Assembly (NCBI GenBank): GCA_963555985.3
Contig: OY820591.1
Coordinates: 864,001-928,000 of the forward strand
Reading direction: 5' to 3'
DNA: 64,000 bases
DNA from: Dehalococcoidia bacterium
Lineage (GTDB): Bacteria; Chloroflexota; Dehalococcoidia; Bin125
In this document: in pieces, positions 19,754 to 29,765 of the stretch
Layout: each line of letters opens with the position of its first letter
Position numbering within the stretch: the stretch's first letter is position 1
Notes under the pieces: model-generated
What the model was told of the DNA's origin: nothing
Databases searched by the model: none
Seen by the model: only the letters and a program-made list of their open reading frames with translations
Translations under genes and position numbers: made by a program

Positions 19754-21288
19754 AGGAGGCGTCGGAATTCACGACCGAGTGCGATGGGGAGCTCAGGGAA
19801 TTTGCCGTTGAAGTACTCGGTGATGGACCAAAGCTGGACGCGGGGATAGCTGCGATCGCCGATTCGGACGACTCCGGCGCGGGCGGCGGTCGCAGGTGCT
19901 GTGCTGCGGGAACCCGGCGGGTCCATCACAATCAGGACACCGAGATCAGCCGAGGTGGTTGGGTCTTCCATCGCTCCGATCAACTCACGGACATCCTTCA
20001 CATTCCAGTCGCCGGACTTGACTTGCGCGACGGCTATGCCGGTATCCGTCCGACGCTGCCCTGGGCCGTTCGGTTTTGAGAATCGCATCTGTCCGTCCAC
20101 ACCGCCATCGCCTCGTTGTCTTCGGTTCGGGCGAAAGCCATCCAGACGGGTCACGGCCCAGGCTTCAAACTGGAACCGATCTCTCTGGGCGAGGTCGCGT
20201 GCAGCGCCCAGATCCTGAGGCGCTCCGACAATTCGTGGAGTCACGCCCACTTCCGCGAGTCGGCTCTCAACTAGTCCGATCGCCAAGTGAGTGATGTCGA
20301 TCCCGATCCATTCACGGTTGCAGGCTTGTGCAGCGCGAATCGCTGTTCCGCAGCCGCAGAACGGATCGAGGACGACATCGCCCGGGTTCGAGGAAGTCTC
20401 AATAATGCGCTCCAGCAGCTTCAGCGGTTTCTGGGTCTGGAAGCCGCGCCATTCCTTGTACCTGTGGCTCTGGCGCACTTCGGGGATATCGGTCCAAACC
20501 GAACGTGTTCGGGACGGGTTAATCGTGAAAGCGACATCATCGTCTCTCGGGCTTTGGCCGGTGCGTCGTTCAATCCGCGCGCGACTCCTTGCTTCCTCGA
20601 CTTGTTCATGCTTGATCGAGCCGTAGAGCACGGTCCTGCCGTCGTCTTCGAGGTACTGACCCCAGCGCCGCTGCATCTGTTCCGAGATCGCGTCCTGACG
20701 CGGCAAGTGAAACGTCCAACTGTCTCCGCGTGTATAGAACAGCAATGTGTCGTGTTTGCGGGGGAAGACTTTGCTGGCGCTCGTAAGCGCGGAAGCTCGA
20801 TAGTGCCAGATGATCTCGTTTCGATAGTTCGCCTGTCCGAGTACGGCATCCAGCATGATTTTGAGGTAGTGGCTCGCTGTTGGATCACAATGCAGATAGA
20901 GGGAACCGGTCGTCTTGAGGACGCGCTTCATTTCGCACAGACGGATCGCCATCATCGCCAGATAGGCCGTCATCTGGTTTGTGCCCAAAGCGCGTACGAG
21001 CGATTCCAGTAATTGTCCAGCCTCAATACAGGGCGAGGAGTCGCTGAGCAATTCAGTCAGAGCCAATTCAGATTCGTGGCCCCAGTGCCATGTGTCCTCA
21101 TAGGCCAGAATCTGTGAGGGCGCAGCCCGCCCGGATTCGTCTTCGAAGAGCACGTTGTAGTCGGTGTTCGAGTTGAACGGCGGATCTAGATAGATCAGGT
21201 CGATGCTCTCGTCGGGGATCTGTTCCCGCATGACGGAGAGGTTGTCGCCGAAGAACAGCGTTCCCCTGAGATGATCAGCGGCTGGCAT
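19750..21288 (-). CDS. N6A/N4C DNA methyltransferase fused to an Mrr-like restriction endonuclease domain
   Basis: DPPF, TQKP and DPFCGCGT (beta-class order); C-terminal DGGVDG...QVKSG. Confidence 0.88.
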   Translation of the reverse strand: MPAADHLRGTLFFGDNLSVMREQIPDESIDLIYLDPPFNSNTDYNVLFEDESGRAAPSQILAYEDTWHWGHESELALTELLSDSSPCIEAGQLLESLVRALGTNQMTAYLAMMAIRLCEMKRVLKTTGSLYLHCDPTASHYLKIMLDAVLGQANYRNEIIWHYRASALTSASKVFPRKHDTLLFYTRGDSWTFHLPRQDAISEQMQRRWGQYLEDDGRTVLYGSIKHEQVEEARSRARIERRTGQSPRDDDVAFTINPSRTRSVWTDIPEVRQSHRYKEWRGFQTQKPLKLLERIIETSSNPGDVVLDPFCGCGTAIRAAQACNREWIGIDITHLAIGLVESRLAEVGVTPRIVGAPQDLGAARDLAQRDRFQFEAWAVTRLDGFRPNRRQRGDGGVDGQMRFSKPNGPGQRRTDTGIAVAQVKSGDWNVKDVRELIGAMEDPTTSADLGVLIVMDPPGSRSTAPATAARAGVVRIGDRSYPRVQLWSITEYFNGKFPELPIALGREFRRLL

Positions 21289-21417
21289 TTCGACCTCCGC
21301 CTCAAACTCTAGCTCGCTCTGCCGTCGCAGCACGGTCGGCGCCTTGAAGGTGCTCAAGTTTGGTCGACCGAACGGATTGCGCGGGAGGCCAGCCTCTAAA
21401 TCGCACGCGCAGATCGA

Positions 21418-21753
21418 CTACGGCCCTGTGCTCAACCCGAGGTGCAGTTGCAGTGCCCGGCTCAAGGCACGTAGGCCTGACTCGTCTAGCTCTCCGATCT
21501 TTGCGTCGATGCGCGAGCGATACACGGTCGTCACCTTGTCAACCATGATCTCGGATAGTTCGCGCAAGCCGTTCTGTGCGCTCGGCTCGACGAGAATTCG
21601 GAGACCAGAATCCTCTGTCAGCATCGTTGTTAGACCACAGATGGTGACGGATCCTGACGAGCCGAATTGGGTGTTCTGGACGATGACGCAGGGTCGCGGT
21701 TTGTTCAGATAGTCCCCACCACCCGCCACGATCCAGATCTCGCCGCGCTTCAC
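21418..21753 (-). CDS. mazF: PemK/MazF-family toxin
   Basis: MKRGEIW...KPRPCVIVQ, IMVDKVTTV, IGEL. Confidence 0.85.
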   Translation of the reverse strand: MKRGEIWIVAGGGDYLNKPRPCVIVQNTQFGSSGSVTICGLTTMLTEDSGLRILVEPSAQNGLRELSEIMVDKVTTVYRSRIDAKIGELDESGLRALSRALQLHLGLSTGP

Positions 21754-23138
21754 TCGTCGTCGATCTCATCGAGCGGGATCGAGACTGATTCCACCCAGGC
21801 CATCTCCTCGTCCGCGTGTGGGTTGTTCTCCAGAGCCCGCGCTTCCCGCTGCATTGCCGCTTCGAATTCGGGCGAGGCGGGATCCATGTCCAGGACCTTC
21901 ATGGTCTCTCGCTTCTTGGCGACCGTCTCATTCTCTGCCGTCAGCAGCGCAATTGACGCCGTGAAGCCGTGCAGATAGTTTGACCCTCCTACCGGACCAA
22001 TCTCCCCGTTGCAGAAGAAGCCGGCGGTCGGTGTGGGACCGAACGCCTCCGTCAGTGCGGCGGCGTCGTGATCCGGCGCTCCGAAGAGGCCGCGGCCGCG
22101 ACCGTTGCAGGAACAGAGCAGCGCGCCCAGGACTTCCTCACCAGGATCCAATTTTGAGCGGAGATCGGAGAGCCGCGTGCGCAGATCGTCGTCGGCTGCG
22201 CCAGCGTCGCGGAATTGGAACTGAAAGGTTTGGCCGAGGCGGGGGACTTCGTTGATCGCCACTGCGCCGGACTCGCGGTCGGCGCCCATCACGTTGCGGA
22301 TCAGGAAGTCGCCGCGCTCGTGCGACTCGCGGTATTCGTCCATGGCCAGCCCGGCGAGCAAATTGCGAGCTGCGCGTTCGCGCGTGGCGTCGTCGAGCGC
22401 GAACAGCGTCTCGGTCAGCACTTCCAAAGCCGGACGCGAGCCCAGAGTCTTGATCATGTTGGCTTCGCAGTCGGTCACGATCCAGGGCTGACCCAGCGGC
22501 TCCGCGCCCTGCGCGACCACGGGCCGCACGCGCACGCCGCCCAGACCCATCATCGCTGCTCCGTTCATTAACACGCGGTCGTCAATGAAGACGGCCGCGC
22601 CCTGCTGTTGGCGGTGCGACGAGGCCATCCCGCCCAGCAGGGTCAGCTCGGGCCGCAGCTGCTGGAGATGCGCCACCAGCTGGTCGGTCATGATCGTGAA
22701 CGGGTTCGTGAACATCAGCCAGACATCGGGACCGTCCGCCAGCGGCGCGAACAAGTCGTCGGGCATGTGCTGCGGATCGATGGCGATCGAGGTCAACGCG
22801 GCGTCGGGCAAGTGAAACGCCAGCAACGCCATCGCGGATCCGTCCTCCGCCTCGAGCGACGATCCAATTACCCGTTGGCCCGAGGCTCCAATCAGGTGAC
22901 GCGCGCCGGTGGCGCTGCGCAGCCGCTCGATCATCTCGCTGTAGTGGCCGGCGTAGCGCGAATCGATGAAGACCAACAGCAGCTCCGGGGCTGTCTCCAG
23001 GTTCAGGGCGTTGACGGCGCTTTCACAGGCGGCCTCCCAATCGGGATCGAATGCCAGCGACGCGGCGGCCGCCGACTCTCCGACCTGCGTGTGCGCGACT
23101 CCCGGCGCAGATGCTTCGCGGATCGTCTCGATGCTCAT
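21750..23138 (-). CDS. FIST N/C-domain protein with an in-frame C-terminal DUF3018-like antitoxin segment
   Basis: GGMAS, VAQG, FLIRN, SCNGRG, GFFCNGEIGP and LHGFTAS motifs, followed by a tail of about 60 aa that overlaps the mazF start. Confidence 0.8.
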   Translation of the reverse strand: MSIETIREASAPGVAHTQVGESAAAASLAFDPDWEAACESAVNALNLETAPELLLVFIDSRYAGHYSEMIERLRSATGARHLIGASGQRVIGSSLEAEDGSAMALLAFHLPDAALTSIAIDPQHMPDDLFAPLADGPDVWLMFTNPFTIMTDQLVAHLQQLRPELTLLGGMASSHRQQQGAAVFIDDRVLMNGAAMMGLGGVRVRPVVAQGAEPLGQPWIVTDCEANMIKTLGSRPALEVLTETLFALDDATRERAARNLLAGLAMDEYRESHERGDFLIRNVMGADRESGAVAINEVPRLGQTFQFQFRDAGAADDDLRTRLSDLRSKLDPGEEVLGALLCSCNGRGRGLFGAPDHDAAALTEAFGPTPTAGFFCNGEIGPVGGSNYLHGFTASIALLTAENETVAKKRETMKVLDMDPASPEFEAAMQREARALENNPHADEEMAWVESVSIPLDEIDDE

Positions 23139-23254
23139 GTCAGCCTCCCTCTCGCCGCCGCTGCAAGGGCTTGGGCCGGATCGATGCATAATGCGATCCT
23201 GCCGTTGATCGGAGTGTAGGTGCGCATTCGCGGCTCTGGGGTAGCATCGGGAAC

Positions 23255-24169
23255 ATGTCTACTCTCACGGCGGGAGAGCTCGACGAACTCTGCCAAGCGG
23301 CACGTTCATTGGCGGAGCGCGCAGGCGTCGTATTGCTTGATCGTTTTCAATCTTCGCTGCATATCTCGTACAAAGGTCAGAGCGCGCACGATCCTGTCAC
23401 CGAGGTCGATCACGCGATCGAGGACATGGTGCGTGAAGAAGTGCATCAGCTCTTCCCCGAGCACGGTGTGTTGGGGGAAGAGCGCGATGAGGGAGGACCA
23501 AGCTCGGCCGAAGTGGTCTGGGTGATTGATCCGCTTGACGGCACCAGCAACTTCATCAATGGCATCGGCGTGTTCGCCTGTTCAATCGGCATCCTCGAGC
23601 GCGGCTTGCCTATTGCGGGCGCAATGTTTTTGCCCACGAATCGCTACCTGCGCCCGGGCGTGTATCACGCCAGACGCGGTTCCGGCCTTTATTTCGACGA
23701 CGAACGCGCCGATTGCACGCCGCCGTCGGTACAGTCGGCCAGTCGGCTCAGCACGGTTCCTGGCGGTACTGGCGGCGTGACTGGCCCGGCCGGGCGACGA
23801 TTCGGCGTAGCGCGGACATTCGGCAGCGCCGCCGCCGAACTCGCCTTCGCCGCCGAGGGTTCGGTCCAGATGGCGCTGTTCGACGGACCGCAGATTTGGG
23901 ACGTGGCCGGCGGTGTGGTGCTCTGTCAGGAAGCCGGACGCGCCATCTTCACTCGCCACGGGCGATCGCAGCCGTGGCAGCGGTTCACCCACTTCGGACA
24001 GGATCAGCCCGAGCCCGTACTGATCGAGAACCTGCGTGGCTGGCGCGACGGTCTCGTAGCCGGAGATCCGGCGGTGTTGCCCGCGGTCGCAGAAGATCTC
24101 AGCCGCGAGCAAGGTATCCGGGCCAGCGCGCGCCGCGCGGTGAAGAAGACACTGCTGCGCAAGGAGTAG
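23255..24169 (+). CDS. inositol monophosphatase family
   Basis: WVIDPLDGTSNF, WDVAGG. Confidence 0.88.
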   Translation: MSTLTAGELDELCQAARSLAERAGVVLLDRFQSSLHISYKGQSAHDPVTEVDHAIEDMVREEVHQLFPEHGVLGEERDEGGPSSAEVVWVIDPLDGTSNFINGIGVFACSIGILERGLPIAGAMFLPTNRYLRPGVYHARRGSGLYFDDERADCTPPSVQSASRLSTVPGGTGGVTGPAGRRFGVARTFGSAAAELAFAAEGSVQMALFDGPQIWDVAGGVVLCQEAGRAIFTRHGRSQPWQRFTHFGQDQPEPVLIENLRGWRDGLVAGDPAVLPAVAEDLSREQGIRASARRAVKKTLLRKE

Positions 24170-24171
24170 CG

Positions 24172-25095
24172 CTATGCGTGTACGACTGGCAACACCTCGT
24201 CGAAGAGCCGCTGCGACTGATACATGATCGGGTCGTCGCCGCGCGCCATCGGGCGCATGATGAACTTGCTCACGCCGGCCGCTCGGTACTCGTTCACTCG
24301 CTTGAGGATCTCCTCCGCGTCGCCGACCGCGAAGTAGGTGTCGGGGTTGACCTCCGGCAGACGCGCCTTGATTCCCCTGATCGTCATCTGCACGTCGGGG
24401 TCGTCCCAGGAGCCGAAGTGATAGCCGAAGCCCGCGCCGAAGTGATCGGGTTCGTAGTCGGTGCGACCAGCCTCGGCGAGAGCGGCGCGGATCTGCTGGA
24501 TGATTGGGCCCACCTCGTGCGCCGACTGGATTCCCGCGACCCAGCCTGTGCCGATTCGCGCCGTGCGGCGGATCGCTGCCTTGCTGTGCCCGCCGATCCA
24601 GAGCGGCAGCGGATCCTGCACCGGTCGGGGCGAGATCGTCGCATTGTCGTAGTGGAAGTGCTCGCCGTGATAGCTGAACGATTCCTCGTTCCACAGCCCG
24701 TTGATGATGTCCAGCATCTCGTCCGCGATCGGCGCGCGTCCGCGCAGCTGGCGATTGGTCACGTTCCACTCGGGCGCGAACCCGCCGCCGACGCCGAAGG
24801 CGGGCAGCATTCGCCCGTTGGAGAGAAAGTCAATCGTCGCGCACTGCTTGGCCAGGACGAGCGGGTCGCGGAAGCCGACCACGACCACGTTCATGCCGAA
24901 CTTGAGCTTCTCCGTGCGCGCCGCGAGCGCCGCCATGAACGTCATTGACTCCAGGATCGGTTCCCGCGAGATCAGGCGGTCGGTCTGCCAGATCGAGTCG
25001 ACGTCGTGCTCCTCGCAGAGGTCGATCCAGCGCCACATGGTGGCGACATCGGAGAAGGGGAAGTTGGCCAGGCCCATGCCAATGCGGTCGCTCAT
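24172..25095 (-). CDS. LLM-class flavin/F420-dependent oxidoreductase
   Basis: DPLVLAKQCATIDFLSNGR, PRPVQ..PLWIGG. Confidence 0.88.
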   Translation of the reverse strand: MSDRIGMGLANFPFSDVATMWRWIDLCEEHDVDSIWQTDRLISREPILESMTFMAALAARTEKLKFGMNVVVVGFRDPLVLAKQCATIDFLSNGRMLPAFGVGGGFAPEWNVTNRQLRGRAPIADEMLDIINGLWNEESFSYHGEHFHYDNATISPRPVQDPLPLWIGGHSKAAIRRTARIGTGWVAGIQSAHEVGPIIQQIRAALAEAGRTDYEPDHFGAGFGYHFGSWDDPDVQMTIRGIKARLPEVNPDTYFAVGDAEEILKRVNEYRAAGVSKFIMRPMARGDDPIMYQSQRLFDEVLPVVHA

Positions 25096-25123
25096 CGTCG
25101 GTTCCTCTACTAGGTGCGTTGCC

Positions 25124-25771
25124 TTATGCGCTCAGCCTAAACGGTGGGTAGCGGTCGGTGATCAGCATGAAGCCGTAGGCCGCGACTCGCCAGCCGTAGC
25201 GCGTCACCCCGACGACGAAGTTGAACAGCACTCTCGGGTAACGGCCAGTCGCCAGAATCGCGAACCAGGCCGCGATGATCGCGAGCAGTGAGAGCACGCC
25301 GAGGATGACGAGCACGACGTAGTGCGGAATCAGCAGCAGCCATTTGACCAACGGCAGAAACCGATTGAGTTGCTCCGCCTCCGGGTAGTCGAAATCGAGG
25401 TGGATGCGTTGCTCCTCATCAGTGGAGGGGTATTCATCGGTGAGCAGTGCGGCGTAAGCGCCGATCCGCGACTCGAAGCGGAGGAAATGCACCAACACGT
25501 CGAACCACCAGCGCGGATACTTTTGCCGGACGACGATCATCAAGATCAGCGGCAACCAAAACATGCCCGCCCAGGCGCCGGAGACGTCGTTGCCCGCGAT
25601 CGCGCCATTCTCCGCCAGAGTGACGAACAGCACCGGCACTGCCGGCATTAGAGCCGCCACTATCGCGATCGGGATGATGAAGGGAATCCGCAACAGCGTG
25701 CTCAGGCGGTCGAGGCTGTCGGGATAGTCCACGTCATAGCGGACTGGATAAGCGTCGGTATCGCGTTCCAT
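25124..25771 (-). CDS. DUF4389-like membrane protein
   Basis: duplicated repeat ending LTDEYP / TDRYPPF; LLIPHY. Confidence 0.75.
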   Translation of the reverse strand: MERDTDAYPVRYDVDYPDSLDRLSTLLRIPFIIPIAIVAALMPAVPVLFVTLAENGAIAGNDVSGAWAGMFWLPLILMIVVRQKYPRWWFDVLVHFLRFESRIGAYAALLTDEYPSTDEEQRIHLDFDYPEAEQLNRFLPLVKWLLLIPHYVVLVILGVLSLLAIIAAWFAILATGRYPRVLFNFVVGVTRYGWRVAAYGFMLITDRYPPFRLSA

Positions 25772-25794
25772 CGGTCACCTCCAGTACGGGAATG

Positions 25795-26307
25795 CTAGTC
25801 GGTTTGACGCAGCGGACGCTGCCAGAAGGCGACGTCCCAGTACTTGCCGAACTTGTAGCCGGACTCGCGCCAGACGCCGCAGCGTGTGAAGCCGAGTCGT
25901 TCGATGGCCTTCTCGGACGGTTCGTTGGGGAGCGTGATCAGGGCGAAGAGTTGGTGCAGCCTCTCGACCTGCTGGAGTTCGTCGATCAGCGCGCGCACGA
26001 GCTTGGGGCCAAGTCCGCGCGCCGTTTCGCCGTCGCGGCAGTAGACGCTGAGTTCGACACTCGATGCATAAGCGGCCTTCCGGTGCAGCGGGCCTGAGTA
26101 GGACTTGCCGAGGATTTGGCCATCGTCATCCTCCGCGACGAGCACGCGATAGGGGCCGCTGTCCGAGTATTGCGAGAACCACTCACGGCGCCGGCGTTCG
26201 ACCGTGAACGGCTCCAGGTCGAATGTCGTGGGCGTGTTCAGGATGTAGTGGTTGTAGAGCTCGGTCAGTTGCGGCAGGTCGTCGTCCACCGCTGCTCGAA
26301 TACGCAT
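25795..26307 (-). CDS. GNAT N-acetyltransferase (phosphinothricin acetyltransferase-like)
   Basis: YNHYI..T.TF, ELSVY, GYKFGKYWDV. Confidence 0.88.
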   Translation of the reverse strand: MRIRAAVDDDLPQLTELYNHYILNTPTTFDLEPFTVERRRREWFSQYSDSGPYRVLVAEDDDGQILGKSYSGPLHRKAAYASSVELSVYCRDGETARGLGPKLVRALIDELQQVERLHQLFALITLPNEPSEKAIERLGFTRCGVWRESGYKFGKYWDVAFWQRPLRQTD

Positions 26308-26403
26308 CGCTCCTCCTCGCCGATCAGCCCGCCAGACGCTTGTGTAGCTGCGATTGCCTACACTCGCCCCAATCTACTGCGCGACGACTGAGGAGACGAC
26401 GTC

Positions 26404-27612
26404 ATGGTGACCGAAGAAGTCCAGGCCGAAACTACTGCTTTCACGCTGGCTCGTGAGCGCTATGAGGGAGAACTCATGGATGCGCTCAGCGTTAGCCAGC
26501 GCGTGATCTCCGCTGACTCGCACATCATCGAGCCGGGTGATCTATGGACGAGCAGAATCGACGCGCAGTACCGCGAGCGCGGCCCGCACATTGAGATGCA
26601 AGGCACGCTGCCCGACGGCAGGGTCGAGGAAGGCCAGTTCATGGTCGTTGAGGGCGCTGTACCCCAGCGCGTCGCCGGCTTTGCCGCAGCCAACGTGGAT
26701 CCCGAGGATCGGGCCGAGGCGAACAAGCGCGGTTATGAGCAGATTCGTCCGGGTGCCTGGGATCCGGTCGAGCGCTTGAAGGACCAGGATATTGACGGGA
26801 TCGTGAGCGAGGTGATCTACCCCTCGATGGCGATGCCGTACTTCAGCTTGCCGGACACCGGGCTGCAACAGGCTGTCTTCCGCGCGTACAACGACTGGAT
26901 CGCGGAGTTCTGCTCGCACTCTCCGCAGCGGCTTGTGGGACTGGGCATGATCTGCACCGACGATGTCGACGAGGCGTGCGCCGAACTGCGGCGAGCGCGC
27001 AATCTCGGTCTGCGCGGAGCACTGATTCCCAACTCGCTTGCGCCCGAAGGGAGCTACGGCGACCCGGCCTTTGATCCGCTCTGGGCGACGGCGGCCGAGC
27101 TGGACATGCCGCTCTCGATGCACATTCTGACCGGTCGGTACCGGCCCGCCGGGGCAGCGGCGGACCCGTGGTTGGTCTGGTACATGGACTTGCCTGCGCC
27201 GGCGATGAAGTCGATTACCTCGATGCTGTGCTCGGGCGTGTTCAGCCGGCACCCGAATCTCAAGGTCATCTCGGTCGAGAACGACATTGGCTGGCTTGGG
27301 CACTACCTGTATCGGCTACAGCACGGCTGGGACGAGTTCCGTTACATGCTCAACCTAGAGCAGGACCTGTCGCCCAACGAGTACTTCGCGCGCAACATCT
27401 GGGCCACGTTCCAGAGCGATCCGGTAGGCGTACAAACGCGCGAGCAGATTGGGATCGAGCGGTTGATGTGGGGTTCGGATTATCCCCACGGGGATAGCAC
27501 CTGGCCGGAGTCGCGGCCGACGATCAACTTCAACTTCCAGGGAGTCGAACAGGACGACATTGCGGCGATCTGTTACGACACCGTGGCGGAGCTGTACGGG
27601 ATCGAGTTGTAG
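26404..27612 (+). CDS. amidohydrolase_2 family
   Basis: SADSHIIEP, LSMHI, MWGSDYPH. Confidence 0.88.
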   Translation: MVTEEVQAETTAFTLARERYEGELMDALSVSQRVISADSHIIEPGDLWTSRIDAQYRERGPHIEMQGTLPDGRVEEGQFMVVEGAVPQRVAGFAAANVDPEDRAEANKRGYEQIRPGAWDPVERLKDQDIDGIVSEVIYPSMAMPYFSLPDTGLQQAVFRAYNDWIAEFCSHSPQRLVGLGMICTDDVDEACAELRRARNLGLRGALIPNSLAPEGSYGDPAFDPLWATAAELDMPLSMHILTGRYRPAGAAADPWLVWYMDLPAPAMKSITSMLCSGVFSRHPNLKVISVENDIGWLGHYLYRLQHGWDEFRYMLNLEQDLSPNEYFARNIWATFQSDPVGVQTREQIGIERLMWGSDYPHGDSTWPESRPTINFNFQGVEQDDIAAICYDTVAELYGIEL

Positions 27613-27658
27613 CCGGGTTTTGCTCTCCAGGCGTTCAATGGCAATGCGCTAGCACCGA

Positions 27659-27783
27659 CTCCGTCATTGCCGCGCCGCACCTCCGTCATACCCGCGCTTG
27701 CCGCGGGTATCTCGCCGAGTCGAGCACAGAGGTCAGTGCAGAACACGGCGGGATTGCCGCGTCGGAGCGCGGCAATGACGGAA
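27659..27783. repeat. REP family A cluster (GTCAT[A/T][C/G]CCGCG hairpins, inverted pair)
   Basis: CCGTCATACCCGCGCTTGCCGCGGGTATCTCGCCG and GGATTGCCGCG..CGCGGCAATGACGG. Confidence 0.85.
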
Positions 27784-27813
27784 CCCAAGATCACGCATCC
27801 CCACGGCCGCTCC

Positions 27814-28719
27814 CTAGCCGAAGAGGCGGCCGCCCTCGATGGCCGGTTTGAAGACTCGCTCGATCTCCTCGCCGGCTCGCTCGACGGTCCAGCGCTCGTT
27901 GCCGGAGAGGTTTCGGATCACCTCGTACTGCGAGTAGAGGCCGATGTCGTAGCCCATCGCCTGGATCACCTGGCCGTTGAGCCAGTCGGAGGCTTCGGAG
28001 GCGATGTAGACCAGCGGCACGGCGACGTTGGCGGGCGAGCGGCGAGGGTCAACGACAGTCTCTGAGTCCTCGTCGAAACCGCGTGAGCGGCGCTCCTGCG
28101 GCACCGTGTCGGTCATGCGGGTGGATGCGCCCGGGCCGATTGCGTTTGAGGTGACGCCGTAGCGTCCCAGCGCGTTGGCGCAGCTGTAGGTGAAGCCGAC
28201 GATGCCGAGCTTGGCGGCGGCGTAGTTGGGCTGACCGGGCGCGCCGTGCAGGCCGGAGCCGGAGGTGAAGTTGATCAGGCGGTAGTGGCCTTCGCGGTTG
28301 GCGCGCCAGTAGATCGAGGCGTACTTGGTCGTGTTGAAGGTGCCCTTCATGTGCACCGCTACGACCGCGTCCCACTCTTCCTCGGTCATGTTGAAGACCA
28401 TCCGGTCGCGCAGGTTGCCGGCCACGTTGACGAGGATGTCGAGCCGTCCGTAGCTGTCCAGCGCCTGCTGGATGATCCCCTCTGCGCCGTCGTAGTCGGC
28501 GACCGAGGTGTAGTTGGCGACGGCGTCGCCGCCGGCGTCGCGGATGGCGGCGACGGTCTCGTCGGCGGGTCCGGCCTCGCCGCCGGTACCGTCCACAGCG
28601 CCGCCGAGGTCGTTGACGACGACGCTGGCGCCGTTGGCGGCGAAGAGCTTCGAGACTTCCGAGCCGATTCCGCGGCCCGCGCCGGTGACAATCGCGACGC
28701 GTCCGTCGAGCATTCCCAT
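27814..28719 (-). CDS. short-chain dehydrogenase/reductase (tandem copy B)
   Basis: TGAGRGIG, NYAAAK. Confidence 0.92.
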   Translation of the reverse strand: MGMLDGRVAIVTGAGRGIGSEVSKLFAANGASVVVNDLGGAVDGTGGEAGPADETVAAIRDAGGDAVANYTSVADYDGAEGIIQQALDSYGRLDILVNVAGNLRDRMVFNMTEEEWDAVVAVHMKGTFNTTKYASIYWRANREGHYRLINFTSGSGLHGAPGQPNYAAAKLGIVGFTYSCANALGRYGVTSNAIGPGASTRMTDTVPQERRSRGFDEDSETVVDPRRSPANVAVPLVYIASEASDWLNGQVIQAMGYDIGLYSQYEVIRNLSGNERWTVERAGEEIERVFKPAIEGGRLFG

Positions 28720-28746
28720 GATGTTGGTTCCTTTCTGGAGCGGCCT

Positions 28747-29652
28747 CTAGCCGTAGAAGCCGCCGCCGGCGACGGCCGGCTTGAAGATCTCTTCGATCTG
28801 GGCCGCCGCGCCCTCGACGCTCCAGCGTTCGGTTCCGCGCATCTGGCGGATCACGGCGGGCTTGTTGAAGAGCTGGAGGTCGTAGCCGGACGCGCCCACG
28901 ATCTGGCCGTTGAGCCAGTCGGACTGCTCGGAGGCGATGTAAACGAGCGGAATGGCGACGTTGGCGGGCGAGCGCTGCGGGTCCTCTTCGGTCGAATCGC
29001 CGATGTTGCTGCCCTCGCGGCGTCGTTCCTCGGGCACGGTGTCGGTCATGCGGGTGGAGGCGCCGGGCGAGATCGCGTTGGCGGTCGCGCCGTAGCGTCC
29101 GAGCGCGTTGGCGCAGCTGTAGGTGAAGCCGACGATGCCCATCTTGGCGGCGGCGTAGTTGGGCTGTCCGGGCGCGCCGAAGATGCCGGAGACCGAAGAG
29201 AAGTTGATCAGGCGGTAGTGGCCCTTGCGGTTGGCGCGCCAGTGGATCGAGGCGTACTTGGTCAGGTTGAAGTGGCCCTTGAGGTGGACATTGAGGACGG
29301 CGTCCCACTCTTCTTCGGTCATGTTGAAGACCATCCGGTCGCGGAGGATGCCGGCGGTGTTGACGACGATATCGAGGTCGCCGAAGTTGTCGAGCGCGTC
29401 GCGGACGATGCTCTCGGAGGCGTTGTAGTCGGCCACCGAAACGTGGTTGGCCACCGCTTCGCCGCCGGCGTCGCGGATCGCGGCGACGGTTGCGTCGGCC
29501 GGGCCGGCGTCTGCGCCGCTGCCGTCGACCGCGCCGCCGAGGTCGTTGACCACGACCTTGGCGCCTTCGGCGGCAAAGAGCTTCGCGGTTTCGGCGCCGA
29601 TCCCGCGTCCTGCGCCGGTGACGATTGCCACGCGGCCGTCAAGCATTCCCAT
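28747..29652 (-). CDS. short-chain dehydrogenase/reductase (tandem copy A)
   Basis: TGAGRGIG, NYAAAK; same length as and very similar to its neighbour. Confidence 0.92.
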   Translation of the reverse strand: MGMLDGRVAIVTGAGRGIGAETAKLFAAEGAKVVVNDLGGAVDGSGADAGPADATVAAIRDAGGEAVANHVSVADYNASESIVRDALDNFGDLDIVVNTAGILRDRMVFNMTEEEWDAVLNVHLKGHFNLTKYASIHWRANRKGHYRLINFSSVSGIFGAPGQPNYAAAKMGIVGFTYSCANALGRYGATANAISPGASTRMTDTVPEERRREGSNIGDSTEEDPQRSPANVAIPLVYIASEQSDWLNGQIVGASGYDLQLFNKPAVIRQMRGTERWSVEGAAAQIEEIFKPAVAGGGFYG

Positions 29653-29765
29653 GGGTTCTGTTCCTCTCGGTGCTCACAGGTTGTTCCGCCAATCTGATTT
29701 CGGCGGGGGTCGCGGCGTCGCAGATTTGCCGCGCACACTGTGGCGCAGGCTATCACCGGAGTTGG

